64,000 nucleotides of DNA from Yuukianura sp. NJ FZ-2021 (taxonomy: Eukaryota). A model generated the notes under the pieces. The model was not told the origin of the DNA and did not search any database. It saw only the letters and a program-made list of their open reading frames with translations. The stretch is from contig CM102287.1 of NCBI GenBank assembly GCA_046563655.1, positions 8,308,001 through 8,372,000 of the forward strand, given 5' to 3'. The translations under genes were made by a program, and so were the position numbers. Of this stretch, positions 10,901 to 23,646 are shown in pieces. Positions within the stretch are counted from its first letter, which is position 1. The number at the start of each line of letters is the position of its first letter.

Positions 10901-13900
10901 CTTTGGAATTGTTATTTTTGGCGTAACAAGTTTTTAGTTTGGAATTGAGGGCGTTGATAGTACGGGACGAGCGAAATGGATAATTTGGTGGGGGATTTAA
11001 ACGGGTTCAAACGTGAATGAAACTACTTAAACTCTTCATTGTAACTTTTCTATTCACTGAAAAGTAGGAAAAGCAAAACCAAAAAAGTTTTTAGCAGCGA
11101 CTAGAACGAAGTGTATTTGAAAAAGCCGCAAAATCTCACAACTTTCCTTTCCTTTTTTGGCAAACACTGCTCTGCCCTTTCTCTTATTATTCCAATTCAG
11201 TGCTCTTTCACTCGCAGAAAAAGTACTTCATACTTTTTTTAAATCGAACTTTTTTGAAAAAAAAAGTCAGACAACCGTTCAATGCAAATACTTTCACTGC
11301 CATTTGCCTGCATCTCTCTACTTGAATTGACTTGTCACCACCACTTTCACTTTTTAGTGTTAAATTTTACTCACATGACGCCACCTCCATTGTACACTGC
11401 TGCCTGTCGAGCGGGAATTTCGAAAGATCCATCATACACGAAAAAGTTACTCGCAACCTGAAATAGAAAACCAAAGAAACAACTTTTTTTGAAACTACTT
11501 TTTCGAAAAAGACTTCAAAAACGGGTAAAATTTCAAGATCATTTGAACTCTAGAAGTATTCCGGATCGTCTTTCATGCATTTTTGCACAATGAAACCCAC
11601 TTTCTCTTCCAGCTTTTTCTTTCTTTTTTCGCAATTCGAACACAGCACTTTTTTTCTTGCAATTCGAGCAGAGAGAGTTGTGTTGAAGTTGTATGGAGGC
11701 AAAGGGCAAAAGCAGGGCTCCACCAGCCTCTTCGTTTTTTAGTTCTTTCTAGTATTTGCCTTCACAACGAAGAGCACTCCATGCTCCCAAGTGATCTCGT
11801 TCTGATCATTCAATTGTAAAAGACGCACTTGAGCATGAGGATTGATGGGATCACTCCTTGGAGACGCTTTCAAGTTCTCTCCGCTTCTTTGCATAGTGCA
11901 TCGTTATATTCTACAAGAACTCAAGTACTAACATCAACAACCCACTTTCAAAAACGACTTCCATCCATCAAGCACCTCGGGAATTCTGAGGGGGAACAAA
12001 GTTGCTACAGAATCGATTCAGAAATACTTTCTAGCGTCATCACACCTGAGGAATCATGGATATCCGATTCCTGAACTACTCTGAATACTTTATGGTTAGC
12101 TAAGCTAACTTTAGCTAAGATAACTTTCGCTAAGCTAAATTTAGCTAAGAAATGCCATAGCGTCTCATGTATTCCCTACAAACGTCCACTTTGCCAAGAA
12201 ATGAGCCGAGAGAGTCATAAAGTGCTTAAAGTTTGGCTTTGGCGCTAAAGAAGTATGAGTGATAGGAGTTTTGTTTTCGAAGTCTTGACTTTTGTCGCTC
12301 GTAAAACGGAATGTTGTTCCATTTCTACTTCATTTTGGTTTGAAAAATTGAATTTGATGGCTCAAGAACTTGTGTTAGGTAGCAATCTAACAGGAGTAAA
12401 TGGAAACGACACTATGGGGGGAAATCGTAACTCAACAAATTAAATTAATGAAACTAAAGTGAAATTAAACTCACCGAAGCATATAGAGAATTTCACCTTC
12501 GGGATTAATTCTGACCAAAACATTTGGAACCGTAACGAATTGGAAGTCTGCTTCCTTCCCATTGGGGAAATAAACTTCTGGCTTCCAAATGGCCTTGACG
12601 AGGTTGGGGTCATTGAGGTCAAGTGGCTTCCGAAGATCCGGATGCTGGAGACGCTCATCTCTCCATTTCTGACGCAGGTACAAGTCAACTTTGTAGTCCT
12701 GGAAAAATTGCAAAAAATTTCAACGAAAAATTCAAAGTGAGACAAAGTACATAATTTAATTTAATTAGGAAAAGTAGTCTTTGGAAAAGTTTTAACAAAA
12801 TTTGGAAATGCAAAGGAAAAGTAGTTTGAGTTATTTTGTATATCCAATTTGACTAATTTTCTCCTGAAATGTTGTTCAAAACTTACCATTGTTAGAGGAT
12901 TTGGACTGCCGAAGGACCTGAAAAACCAAGATTAAACAAAACATTACGTGTGTACGGTGTCACTAATTAGTACTTTTTCTAATGAAGTTTTTTTTTACTT
13001 ACCTAACAAAAAGTTCGCAGAAGACACGGGTTGGCGTGGTCGTATCTACACAACACAGAACAGTTCCTTTAATTTGAATTTCAGATGAGTTTTGAATCAA
13101 CGCGCGCTACAATGCTACTACTAGATATGCCCGCGTTTCAAAATGCCAGTAGACTCAAAACTAAAACTCCATTTGCAAACAATCCTGACAGGTAACACTT
13201 TTGGTGAAAACAAAATTCTGTCGAAACCGAAAGACTAAGAGTGAAAACATCGCCAAAATCAAATCGAAAAAAAAAACTCACAATTTTTTGTCAAAAATTT
13301 TGTTTTTCGAGGTTATTTTGGGAATGTCAACAAAAATATTTATATTGAATTTGAAACTTTTCCGCATACTACGTTTTTTTGTGGATTAAGAGTTGGCGTT
13401 TTATGTTTTGCCTCTGTAGCGAAAAACATCGCCAAAATCAATTTGTGTAAGAAAATCTTTGAAAATATTTTGTTGTTGTCAATTTTGAATATTTACAGCT
13501 TGGAAATCTTACAATCTCTGCGGTTTACTTACTGAGATGATTCGTAGGCGTGGCACGACGATCGTAGTTGTTATTGAGAAGCTTATCCAGGATCTCCAGC
13601 TCCTTCATCAGCACTCCTGCCCTGGATCAAACAAGATGAGCTCCAATCAGTATCTCTCTAATTCACTTTCTCCATCACAAGATCAAAACATCACAGTGGA
13701 CCCCTTACAGCGACTAAACCACAACATTGACTAGGGTGACTTCAAAGGGAACAATGGACTTGAGGTCACCAAAAAGCAGCAACTTCCATTAAGATCCAAT
13801 TTAGTTCAAATTTCACAGTGGTTCACTTCTTCGAACGTGACCCACTTGCTTTCTCTTTCTCCAATCACGACATCACTTCTACTCTGATTTCAAACAATTG

Positions 13901-16900
13901 GCGCCCTTCCAGGACTTATTTTGGGCCTGAACTTTCCTGGAGATCTTAGGTAATACTAAAGCGTAATTGCAACCGCTGCAGAAGGCCAATCAATGTCCAA
14001 GTGACAGAAAGTGTAACAGACGGAGAAAAAAAATACACAAGGATTCTATTCCTAAGGAACGCGTGTGGGCAGAAGACTTTTTACGAAAGAAGAGTAAGAA
14101 TTTTACTTACTTCTTTTTTCATAAAAATGGTTTGGGTGAAAGCCTGTTTTCTCCTTTAGACAAGTTCTTGGCTGTAGTTTGAGGATAATGTAATAGAATA
14201 AATACATGGTGAGGATCCATTCTCATTTATAATCCATGCAGAGCCGCGTCTCAGAGGCAACTTGGCCAAAGGAAAGGAACGCAGAGGCTTGGCAGAGATC
14301 AAGAATTTATACACAATTCATACGTTCCTGATCCCTCCTTACTTTAAAGAACTGTGCCACGGCCTAACCTTTAGGTTCAGACCGGCTTTAGAAAGTGAAA
14401 GTCACAGTAGATTCATTTTTAAACCTCACAAGAACCTACTTTCACTTCACTTTTTTTCTCCGTGCAATGTCTAAGGCCAAAAAACGTAAGGTTAGAATGG
14501 AGAGACATATGTGGATCAGATTATCATCCACTTCACAACATAATCTTTCTCTCAAAGTCCCGCGATTTACCAGTCTCCTCCATTTCGAAACTGAGTGAAT
14601 TGAATTCAAAATTTCAAAATATGAAAACATCCAGAATTTATAAACCTCAAGTACGAACAATCTTCTGCTTTAAAATCAAAGCAAGTCCTCACACAATCTC
14701 CAACTTGGAAAAACAAGCAACATTCAATACACCAAAAAGAACAAAAATTTGGAAATCTAATCAACTTTCACCAGGGCTGAAAAAGAAAATAATTTTTAGA
14801 ATCTCTCGTGAGGAAATCTAAAATAACAAACATGAAATTACCTCGCTTTTTTCATTTGAAATAAATCTAAAATCCAATTTCCCACTTTCAACGCCCTATG
14901 AAATGTAATTCCAAATTGAATTGAAAAATTACCTCACGAAATTTTTCACTTCCTAAAAAAATCATAGAAACTAATCTACGCCCATCTCAAATTGGACTAT
15001 TTTCACTAAATTTTTGCCAATTACTTCAGTAAAATTCCCAGAACATCACAGGCCTAACTCTCATTCACACTTTACGATTGCAAAACTCAACTGCTGCAAA
15101 AACTTACTTTGTCGTGCCTTTTGAACACGACATTCCTTTTGTTATTCAGTACTTTACTGCCAAAGTGGAACAGAACACACAAGGAATGCGTTAAAGAATT
15201 ACAACACAGTATTCTGTATTCCTGTGCCACCTTACATCCTAACCTACACTTAACCTTAGGAAGATGCATTATCCTCCGTCTTAATTGAATTCCGGATTTC
15301 CACGTCTTTCCGCCTCTGCCCCATTTCCCTTCCAATTTTCACTGGAACTTGACACTGACATGCGAGACACTACTGGCAGTACACAAACAGCGGTGATGGC
15401 GGTGGTCTAGTCTGTTGGACTTTGCAAAAAGCCACTTTCAGCGTTACTTCCAGCAGTCAAGCTTACATAACCTAACCTGTCCTTTAAAGGTGTATTCTTA
15501 AACTGAATTAGACGTCAGGGATCTCTCAAAAGAAAGCAACTTCCAACTACATTGTCTCTCTCCAAAATAATTGAGTTTGTTTTCCAGAAAAAACGGGAAA
15601 GGCTAAGACTATTTCCCAGAAAATAATTCAGTTATAACAAAATACAAATTGTGTTACCGTTTCATAAGTCGTTTTTTTCCAAAGCAAGTTCTAACCTCGC
15701 CAGTACAATTTACTTTTTAAAAAATTGAAAAACAAAAGAGAAATTTTAGTTTTTTTTTTCATTTTTCAGAAAACGGTCTGCGACTTCGAATTGTTTAGAC
15801 CGCGAAGTTAGAAAACAAAGAATTTAACGATTTGTTTTTGCTAGTCGCTGCAACTTGTTACTTTGAGTTGTTCTTCGGTTGTCGGTATGTTGTGAGTATG
15901 TTGTGGGTATGTTGTGGATATGTTGTGGGTATGTTGTGGGTATGTTGTCGGTATGTTGTGGGTATGTTGTGGGTATGTTGTCGGTATGTTCTCGGTATAT
16001 TGTCGGTATGTTGTCGGTATATTGTCAGTATGTTGTATGTATGTTGTCGGTATGTTTTCGGTATATTGTCGGTATGTTGTCGGTATATTGTCAGTATGTT
16101 GTGGGTATGTTGTCTGTATGTTGTGGGTATGTTGTCGATATGTTGTGGGTATGTTGTCGGTATGTTGTCGGTATGTTGTGGGTATGTTGTCGGTTTTAAA
16201 CGGCTGTATGAAAACGGTTTCTCAATTCGTCTAAAGTTTTGCGGTAGGCCGGTCTAAATGTCGTATCAATTGTCAACTCCCTCCAGAAGACCTATGCTCA
16301 ACATTTGAGCATCGCCCTACCTTGTTTTTTATCCGCTCTAAAAAGGAGCAGATTTCGAACTGCTGCAGTAGGCAGGCCACCAAGCAAAGGTCAAAGGTCG
16401 ACTTTGCACTTGTGACCTCAGGTTCTGCGGAGATTAAATTTCCATCCATGCGTTTCATTCTTCACTTTCTCTTTTACAGTAGAAACTTTCTCCACACATT
16501 TCAATTCCACATGTCAACTTTTGTACTAAATCCAGATATAAAAGGTTCCCACCTTGACAAATTTCACATCCTTTCAGATTCGCGCCATTTTGAGGCGCCT
16601 AGAGAAGAATTTGAATTCAAATCATCAGCCTTATGTTAAATTACGTGCGTAGCTGCTTTCTACATAAGGTTACGCAGTTCTCCTACCTAGAAAAAGAATT
16701 CCACAGGGGGAAAATGTTTTATTTGTCATAGTCTGTAGGCCGTGACGGTGATGGGAAGTCTATAGAAATTGCAGAGATTGTGGCTGATGCCAAAGTGAAT
16801 TGAAATGCCATTCCGGCAGGAGCGGATGGGTGGGTAGGGAATTTGGCTCAAGTGGCTCCGGTGGGACACCTATTCTACGCTAACCTATAGTCCTTTGTTT

Positions 16901-19900
16901 ATTTCCGTACTTTCCCTGCTGTCACCTCCCGGAGGACAATAGGTTCCAAAAAAGCTGTTGACCGACGGAAAGTGAAAGGTGGCAACGCTTTTTGGCCTGG
17001 ATTGTCCTAAAAGTTGGACGTGTCTCGAGGGACAATAGGAGCCATCACAGAGTCTCAGAGAGGAAGACAATACTTACTTTCACCAGGTTAGACCACCCTA
17101 ACTGAACCTTAGTGAAAGTACATAGGACACCCAATAGTCAGTGGAGCGCAAGTGACTTTTCGTGGGGAAATGTTTTCCTAGTGACGATCTTGTATTGATT
17201 TTGGTTCCTAATATCCAGAAAATTGCCTCTCATTCCACATGTGGACAATTTCATCCCCCACCCCCATTTCAAATTTAAATGAATGTGGGCATTTCTTCGG
17301 ACGGAAGGAATCGAATCCCTTCACTTTCACTCGCTTTCTAAATTACTTCCAGCACTTTCTCTTTGAAGAAAGTTTGTTCCCGCCCTTCACTTTTACCAGA
17401 CAGCTTCATTTACTTTCCGGGCAAAAAGGAAAAAGCAAGAGTAGTCGGAAACTGTGCTAAATGAAAGACCTGACAGAACCAGCGCCTCGCTACATTTAAT
17501 AAAGTGTGTGGTTCATGTTGTTATTTATTACTCCCTCCACAGTGTAAACAGGGACCAATTACCAACAAAAGCTACCATAAATATTTCCTGTTTGCCTACA
17601 CTTATACGGTTCATTGCTCACAAAGTCAACACGATCAAATCCAAAATCTTGAAATTCTTAAATGAAGTTGAAACTCGAATTTGCATTATTTCTTCACCCT
17701 AACTTTACGTTAAAAAAAGAGCTTTTGTAAAAGCAAAATTTTCACTAAAAGGCAAAAACATAAATCATTTCCGCATAAAGTTGGAAGCTAATTTCGATTT
17801 AGTAAACCATTAATCTCGATCAACATAACCCATCTCCAACTTTAGATTAATTGTTAATTAAACGAGCAACTTTTGACTTAACTTTCTACCCAAGTTTATC
17901 TCTAGTCCTTTCACTTAAGGTTTAAGTGAAAATGTATTGGATTCTGGAAGTAATCTTTGGATTTCTGCCATGTCGTAAACTACCAACGCTGCTCCGAATT
18001 CCCACGCTTTTTCGAATCTTCTGTCCATTCCACTACATCACCCAGCGAAACGGCTTAATTCTCATTCCAACAAAAGTCAAAAGAAGATTTCAACTGATTT
18101 CAACTGACCCTGGTGTAAGAGTTAAGACAAAGATAAAAAACTGTCGTAGGAAACTGATCTTCGTGTTCTTGTGAAAAGTCGATCCATTGTTTTCCTTCAA
18201 TTTTTAACAAACAACATAAAGCACTTAAAGCAGTTAACTACCCAATGCGTTTTTAGTTCCTTTTTTTAGTTCAATTGAAAGTTTTTGCGACTTTCACTTC
18301 CATCCTGTTTACAATCTGACCCTTGACTGACGATGAGTTCTACTGATGTACTTCATACCTAACATACTCTAAGCTTACAAAAACAAACTACGACAAGGTT
18401 AAAACACGCTTGCTAAGAACCGCTGAAGATGATTCGACAAGATCTAAGAAATTCCTTGGGGATTGAAAGTGAAACCTCCGGACCACAACGCATAGTTGTC
18501 TTTCATGCAACTGTCAGTACTTTGAGACTCCGTTTAATAGCCACGCCATTCCTAAATCCCACAACTTTACACAAAGTCATAACAACACCCGAAAATTAGG
18601 TAACATAACATAAGCTTGTGTAATATTCCGCATTGCCCTAAGGAACTTGCTCCATGGATTACCAACAACGAATTTCGTACAACAGCCTTTTAACTCCTAA
18701 TCTCACAATTAGTTTCTCATAATTTAACAATTAGTTTCTCATAATTTATTAAGACTAACTCCCTTTCAAAGTCTTAAGGGAACTAACCTGCATTAACATT
18801 TCAACTTCAAACACAATCACAAACCTAACATGAAAACTGGTCTAGCCTACACTTCCTCAAAACAACTGAAAACCTAAAAAAGTAGACTTTTTAACAGCCA
18901 TCTTCAAACTTTTTTTCTTTTAGTTAAAGTCCAAATCTGATTTCGAAACAAAAAGTTTTCTCCTGTTCTAACTTTCTCCAATTCTCTCGACTTCTTTTCG
19001 CCAAGAGACTGATTGGCCTTAATTACATTTAAGCAGGTTTTCGTACTTAAGAGCAACTTATTTCTGCGCTTTCACTTTATCTGACAGGCGAATCCCTTGT
19101 TAGGCCATGTTAGTCTAACCTAACTTCCTCCATAGGTAAAAGAAACCCCACAACTAACATAACCAAGGAAGAAAGTAACGTAACCCCTAAAGTACATTGA
19201 CGGAATGGGGTTAGATAAATCAGAAATGGGAAAGAGGCCAAAGGTCTCAACACAGCAGTAGTTTCACTTTTCACTTTCACTTTACTCAACTTAGACAGCA
19301 GGCCCAGCCACAGCCCCTTTGTATCTCTTCCTTCTTCTGGGCACAAACTGCGAAGTTTCCTAAATTTCGTTAGCAACAATTTCCTTTTGAAGTTTTCGGA
19401 AACTCAAGGAACAAGGAAGCTGGAGTTCTCCCTTAACAAATATCCTTGTTTATTAAATGATACTCTTCAACTTTCGGATAATTTAAAGTGATAATCAACT
19501 CCATTTAGGAACAAAACTTCTCCAACCAAAAAGTAATAACCAAACTAACCAAACGTATTCAAAACAATGCTTATGAAATCTTGAAACAAAACGACATGTC
19601 CCTAAAAAATAGCGTAACTTAAAACAACGCAACTTTTCCATTTCTTTAAATATTTGTCCTCAGAAGGATAAAATTTTTCCAGCTTTGTGCTCATAACGCA
19701 GAAAATTTTGCAAAGTACTCAGACGCTCAAAATATTGCAATGCTCATCAGGAAAGTTTTTAACGAAACATAAAGTTAGAAAAAGTTTGAAATCAACCACA
19801 GTCTGAGTTCAAATTTTGAGGAAAATGTTGTAGTAATATGAATGTTGTAAACTTAGCAGGTTGAACTTGACTCTTGACTTTTTAGTAAGTTGCAGTTTTT

Positions 19901-21129
19901 TTTTTTGTTTTGCTCTTTGAATTAATTTGAAAAATGCTTCTGAAACAAACAGTTTTTCTTTCATTTGAAATTCATAGTTAGCAAAGTTGCTCAATTAATT
20001 ATTAATTTCGGGTTGAAAAGTTTTGCACTCCAACCCTTTGTGTTCTCCATTTCCCAATTTGTTTTTCCCTAAAAAGACTCCAGCGAGTTTAAACTTTCGC
20101 TCCAAGTTTCTAAAAAGACAACTAACCAGAAAATAACACTTAGAGAAGGCGGAGGAGAAAAGTGAAAGTGAAGGCACCCAGCCCTGACGGCATTTCATCT
20201 CCATGTACCCTCCTAATTGTTCATTAATTTAATTTAACTTTGAAAAGTTAAGTTCCCTCCGTTGATGCATTGTGTAGTTACTCCCTCCTCCATACTTGAC
20301 ATGCAAATTGTTTAATGAACTTTCCTTTCATTACTCCGTCATTTGTGTCTATACTTTTACTTTACTTTCTCCGCCCTTCTCGGTTAGTCTTCTTAACCCA
20401 AAGAAACTGAAACTTAGAACTATGGGTTTCTTAGCCTAAGGAGTCATTTTAGTCCTGTCGCCTACGTTAGGTTAAGCCAACCTTTGTTTTTGTTAGAAAC
20501 TTGTTCTAAAAATTTCTTAAAAAAGAGAACAAATCTAATCTCATTTCATTTTCCACGTGTGGCCCTTTTGTTTTGAAGAAAATCTAGTTTGTAGAAAAAA
20601 GAAAAGTAAATTCATGGATTTTCAGTCTTTAGCTCACGGGGAGCAGTCTTTAGAGAACTTTTTAAAAAATTACTTTTTTTTTTTAAATTCTAACTTTACT
20701 TTTTTTAAAAAAGTGGAGAAATTAACGTGTCTAGCAAACTTGATTTAGAACATGAAACTTAAGCCTTCCTCTCCCCCCAAATTGTTTCTCGTTTTTCACT
20801 ACTTTCTAAGCGAGACAAGACGCTTGAATGCTCTAATCACTTTCTCTTCCCGCCTAAAGTAAAATACGGTGTTGAAAAGTTGTAGTGAAGTGGGAGACCC
20901 ATCTGCTAGTTTCTTTCGATTTCAAAAACTTTCTTTTTAAGATTTTCTCACACATTATTATGAAAAAATTCATTATTATGAAAAATTCGGTGTTTAGGGA
21001 GATGACAAAATTTTTTTGTAGAAAAAGAAAAGAGAAAATAACTCACGCCGAGAAGTTTTGAATGAAGCCGCTGCTAAACAGAATCCCAATGACAGTCACT
21101 CTAAAAATCGTACTTGCTCCTTTTCCCAT
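7909..21129 (-). CDS. Cys-loop ligand-gated anion channel subunit (GlyR/GluCl-like, ligand unknown), 13 coding exons, about 455 aa
   Basis: Exons 21047-21129 (signal peptide MGKGASTIFRVTVIGILFSSGFIQNFSA), 13533-13621 (ILDKLLNNNYDRRATP), 13003-13045, 12887-12917, 12475-12698 (LYLRQKW, IWKPEVYFPN), 11375-11457 (Cys-loop CMMDLSKFPLDRQQC), 10469-10615, 8791-8982 (TM1-TM2, SVPGRVTLGITTLLT), 8680-8711, 8571-8585, 8473-8494, 8223-8398 (TM3) and 7909-8139 (TM4, IDETCRFAFPLAF). They total 1368 nt in one open frame with all phases consistent. Confidence 0.95.
9058..10326. mobile_element. Non-autonomous DNA transposon (MITE), probably PIF/Harbinger type, in a channel intron
   Basis: The left end TGCCCGTATACATAATGACGGTTCAC matches the reverse complement of the right end, TGCTCGTATACATAATGCCGGATCAC (3 mismatches in 26 nt). 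TTA flanks both sides (9055-9057 and 10327-10329). The GTATACATAAT core recurs subterminally at about 9150, 10158 and 10249. There is no transposase ORF. Confidence 0.8.
9454..9940. repeat. GC-rich minisatellite of mixed 11-bp (ACTGCGCAAGY) and 7-bp (ACTGCGC) units
   Basis: Directly visible tandem array of about 490 bp inside the MITE; it explains the repetitive stop-free ORFs on both strands. Confidence 0.97.
12097..12150. repeat. Short degenerate 15-bp tandem repeat (TTAGCTAAGCTAACT-like, about 3.5 copies)
   Basis: Sequence ttagctaagctaact ttagctaagataact ttcgctaagctaaat ttagctaaga. Confidence 0.8.
15879..16193. repeat. 11-bp minisatellite (GTATGTTGTSG)n in the channel's first intron
   Basis: Directly visible array of about 315 bp made of gtatgttgtgg/gtatgttgtcg variants. 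Confidence 0.97.
18705..18748. repeat. 22-bp tandem duplication
   Basis: acaattagtttctcataattta occurs twice, back to back. Confidence 0.85.
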
Positions 21130-23646
21130 TTTTCTGCCAAGGTTGCAAGTTTTTTGACACTTGAACAAGTGAAGAGATGAAGTGGGAACAACAGGTTATA
21201 AGTTCCTTCCGTCTTCTTCGTCGTCTCAGTGTGAACTGGAACAGAAAAGCACTTCAAAATGTTTGAAAACTCGTTCAAAAAAGTAAGAAGCGAAAGAAGT
21301 GGATTCACTACGACCACTTTGACGCTTCTTTTGACTTTGCAGGGAACTTACTGAATACTAGTATCTCTCCAACAGCGCTGGAAGAATCCGGCTGTCGCTG
21401 ACTTGTTACTACCTGAAGTGTGTAAGCAAATTGGAAAGTGAAAGGAAAGAGATTCAGCGAAAAAAGTGAAGCTTCCGACTTCCTCCTTGTTCGTTTCCCT
21501 TCTGAAAACCTCCGCCGCAGATCAACTTTCACCGCTTCGCCCAACAAAAGAAAACAGTAAGCGCAAGGCAAGGATTGCTCCCACGCTGAGGATACTTGCG
21601 CTTCTGTATGCTGCAGTAACGTACTAAGCAAGCAGGTTAATATTTAGGTTAGGCTGGTTTAAACTAATAACTTATAGAGTAGTCGCCTTGAATGAGTGAT
21701 GGGCCCAGAAGCAACTTTTTCGGTACAATGGTAAAAGTAACGTGTGAAAATTTTGGTGGACAAAAGAAACTTGGTTTGCGAGTAATGAATGTCAAACCGA
21801 GTTCTATTCATGTCTTGTCAACCTAAAAAAGGATGATCTACTATTCAGCAATGGAGCAATAGAAGTCACAGTTTCAAAGTGCTTCAGTTTTGCAGTTCCA
21901 GGTTTCGGAAATGTCATGTTTTTAAAAATTTTAGTAAGGTGAAAAACGGGAAACTTGAATTTTTCATTTACATATGTGACATTTTTTTTTTTGTCGTAAC
22001 AAAGAAGAGAAGTCAAAATGAAAAAAATATCCTGTTTCAAACGAGGGAGTTTCCGCTACGATTTGACAGTCTTTTGCTTAATAGTTTTTCTTGCATTAAG
22101 AAAAATCAGTTTTTTTTAAACAAAAACTCATTTCTGTTCCAACAAAATTTTTTCCTACAAATTTTTTCCGGGGTGAATGAATCTAATGGCACATTCTTAA
22201 CAAACTACTAATATTTTCGGCAAATTCTCACCCTCAAAGTCATTAAATAACAGCAAGCATAAAACTTAGCACTTACCACCTAAGGTGTGAAAAGTCTTTA
22301 CACACAAAACCCAAATGTTGCTAGTGTAAACACAAAAGTTTTCGGTTGCAGTTTGCAGTTTTAAGCGTACTTCAGCACCCGAAAGCATGATCAAAGGTTA
22401 GTTTTCTACAGTATCAAAGGTTAGTTTGAGGAAAACTAATTTGGAACTACCAACTCCAAAGTTAATTGACAGTTGCGGTGTGTGATTTTGAAGGGGAAAA
22501 ACCACAAGACAAAATGGATTGCCAGTCAGAGTGAAAGTACCGCCAACCAAATACTTCCCTTTAGCATCACCAGACTTTCTCTTGCGGCTTCCTCAAGTCC
22601 ATCCTACATTGAATCACGTTCAGGGAGGACAAGATACATAGGTTATGTTAGGTCAGGCGCTTCCCAAATTTAATCAAAACCCCTACATCGGTTAGAGTAA
22701 ACAGCAAAATCTAAAAACGACGCACGACAAAGCATGGTCCAAGATTCCAAGTTGTGCCTAGACTACTGAAAAAAAGAAAAAGAAAGTCAGGTTAAAAAAT
22801 TCAAAGTAAACAATTCATTTTTCAGAAATCTCAAAATAGTAAACCACCCCCATTCATCATAACGCAGACCAATTTGTCTCTGTACTACTCACTGTCTTCA
22901 TTAATCATGCCAAGAAAGACGCTTAGCTGACTTGGGAATGTCACAAGAAAACTAACCTAATAAAAAAAACTAGTCTTCGCAAAGACTAACTAGTGACAAC
23001 TTTGAAAGTCAACTTTCTTTTCCCTCCTGCTTTTTATCAAGTCAAAAGACAAAGATTTTTGATGGGAATGAATTGTGCCTGTCACACACAAAACTTCATT
23101 CGCGTCTCTCTCCTTGGTAACTTTCTCCTTGTTTCCATTCAAAGAGAAAAGCGAAGTTATTCTGGCAACTTTCTAAGAAAAAAGACTTCAAAAAAGTCTT
23201 TCTCTACCTTCTTTTTACCTCAGTCGTCAGTCAAAACTCAAGTTCTTGAGTAAAGACGGAGTAAACAAAAGGAGATTAAAGTGGGAAGGACGACTTTCTC
23301 TTCAAAAAATTCCAGATTCCGTCCAACTCACTTCAACTTCAACATTTTTCTTGATTTATAACTTACTTTTCTGGTCTTTCCAAAGAATTTTTCGTTTGTT
23401 CTCAGATTTTTTGAACTCTTTAAAACTCTGCAGGAGTTATTCTATCAGTTCCAGCGCAGCGCACTGAGAGAGACGTTTGTGCCGCTTGTGCCTAATCTGA
23501 ATTGCCCTATGTGCCCAAAATTTTGAAGTTTTGCATGCCTGTGCTTCTCATATCTCCTCTTTTATTCCTTTGATTTAAACAGAGATGTTGGTACAAGGAA
23601 ATTGCTTGTGCCCCTTCTATTTCCCCGAGTTTCCAATCTCTTCATC

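Noticed and set aside
15832..16257. Three Cys/Val-rich ORFs (YVVGMLWVCC repeats)
   Set aside because: Artefacts of the 11-bp minisatellite.
14000..23500. Many 60-120 aa ORFs in the channel's first intron and upstream region as nested genes
   Set aside because: They are Phe/Lys/Leu-rich translations typical of AT-rich non-coding DNA, with no domains and no phase-consistent exon chains found.
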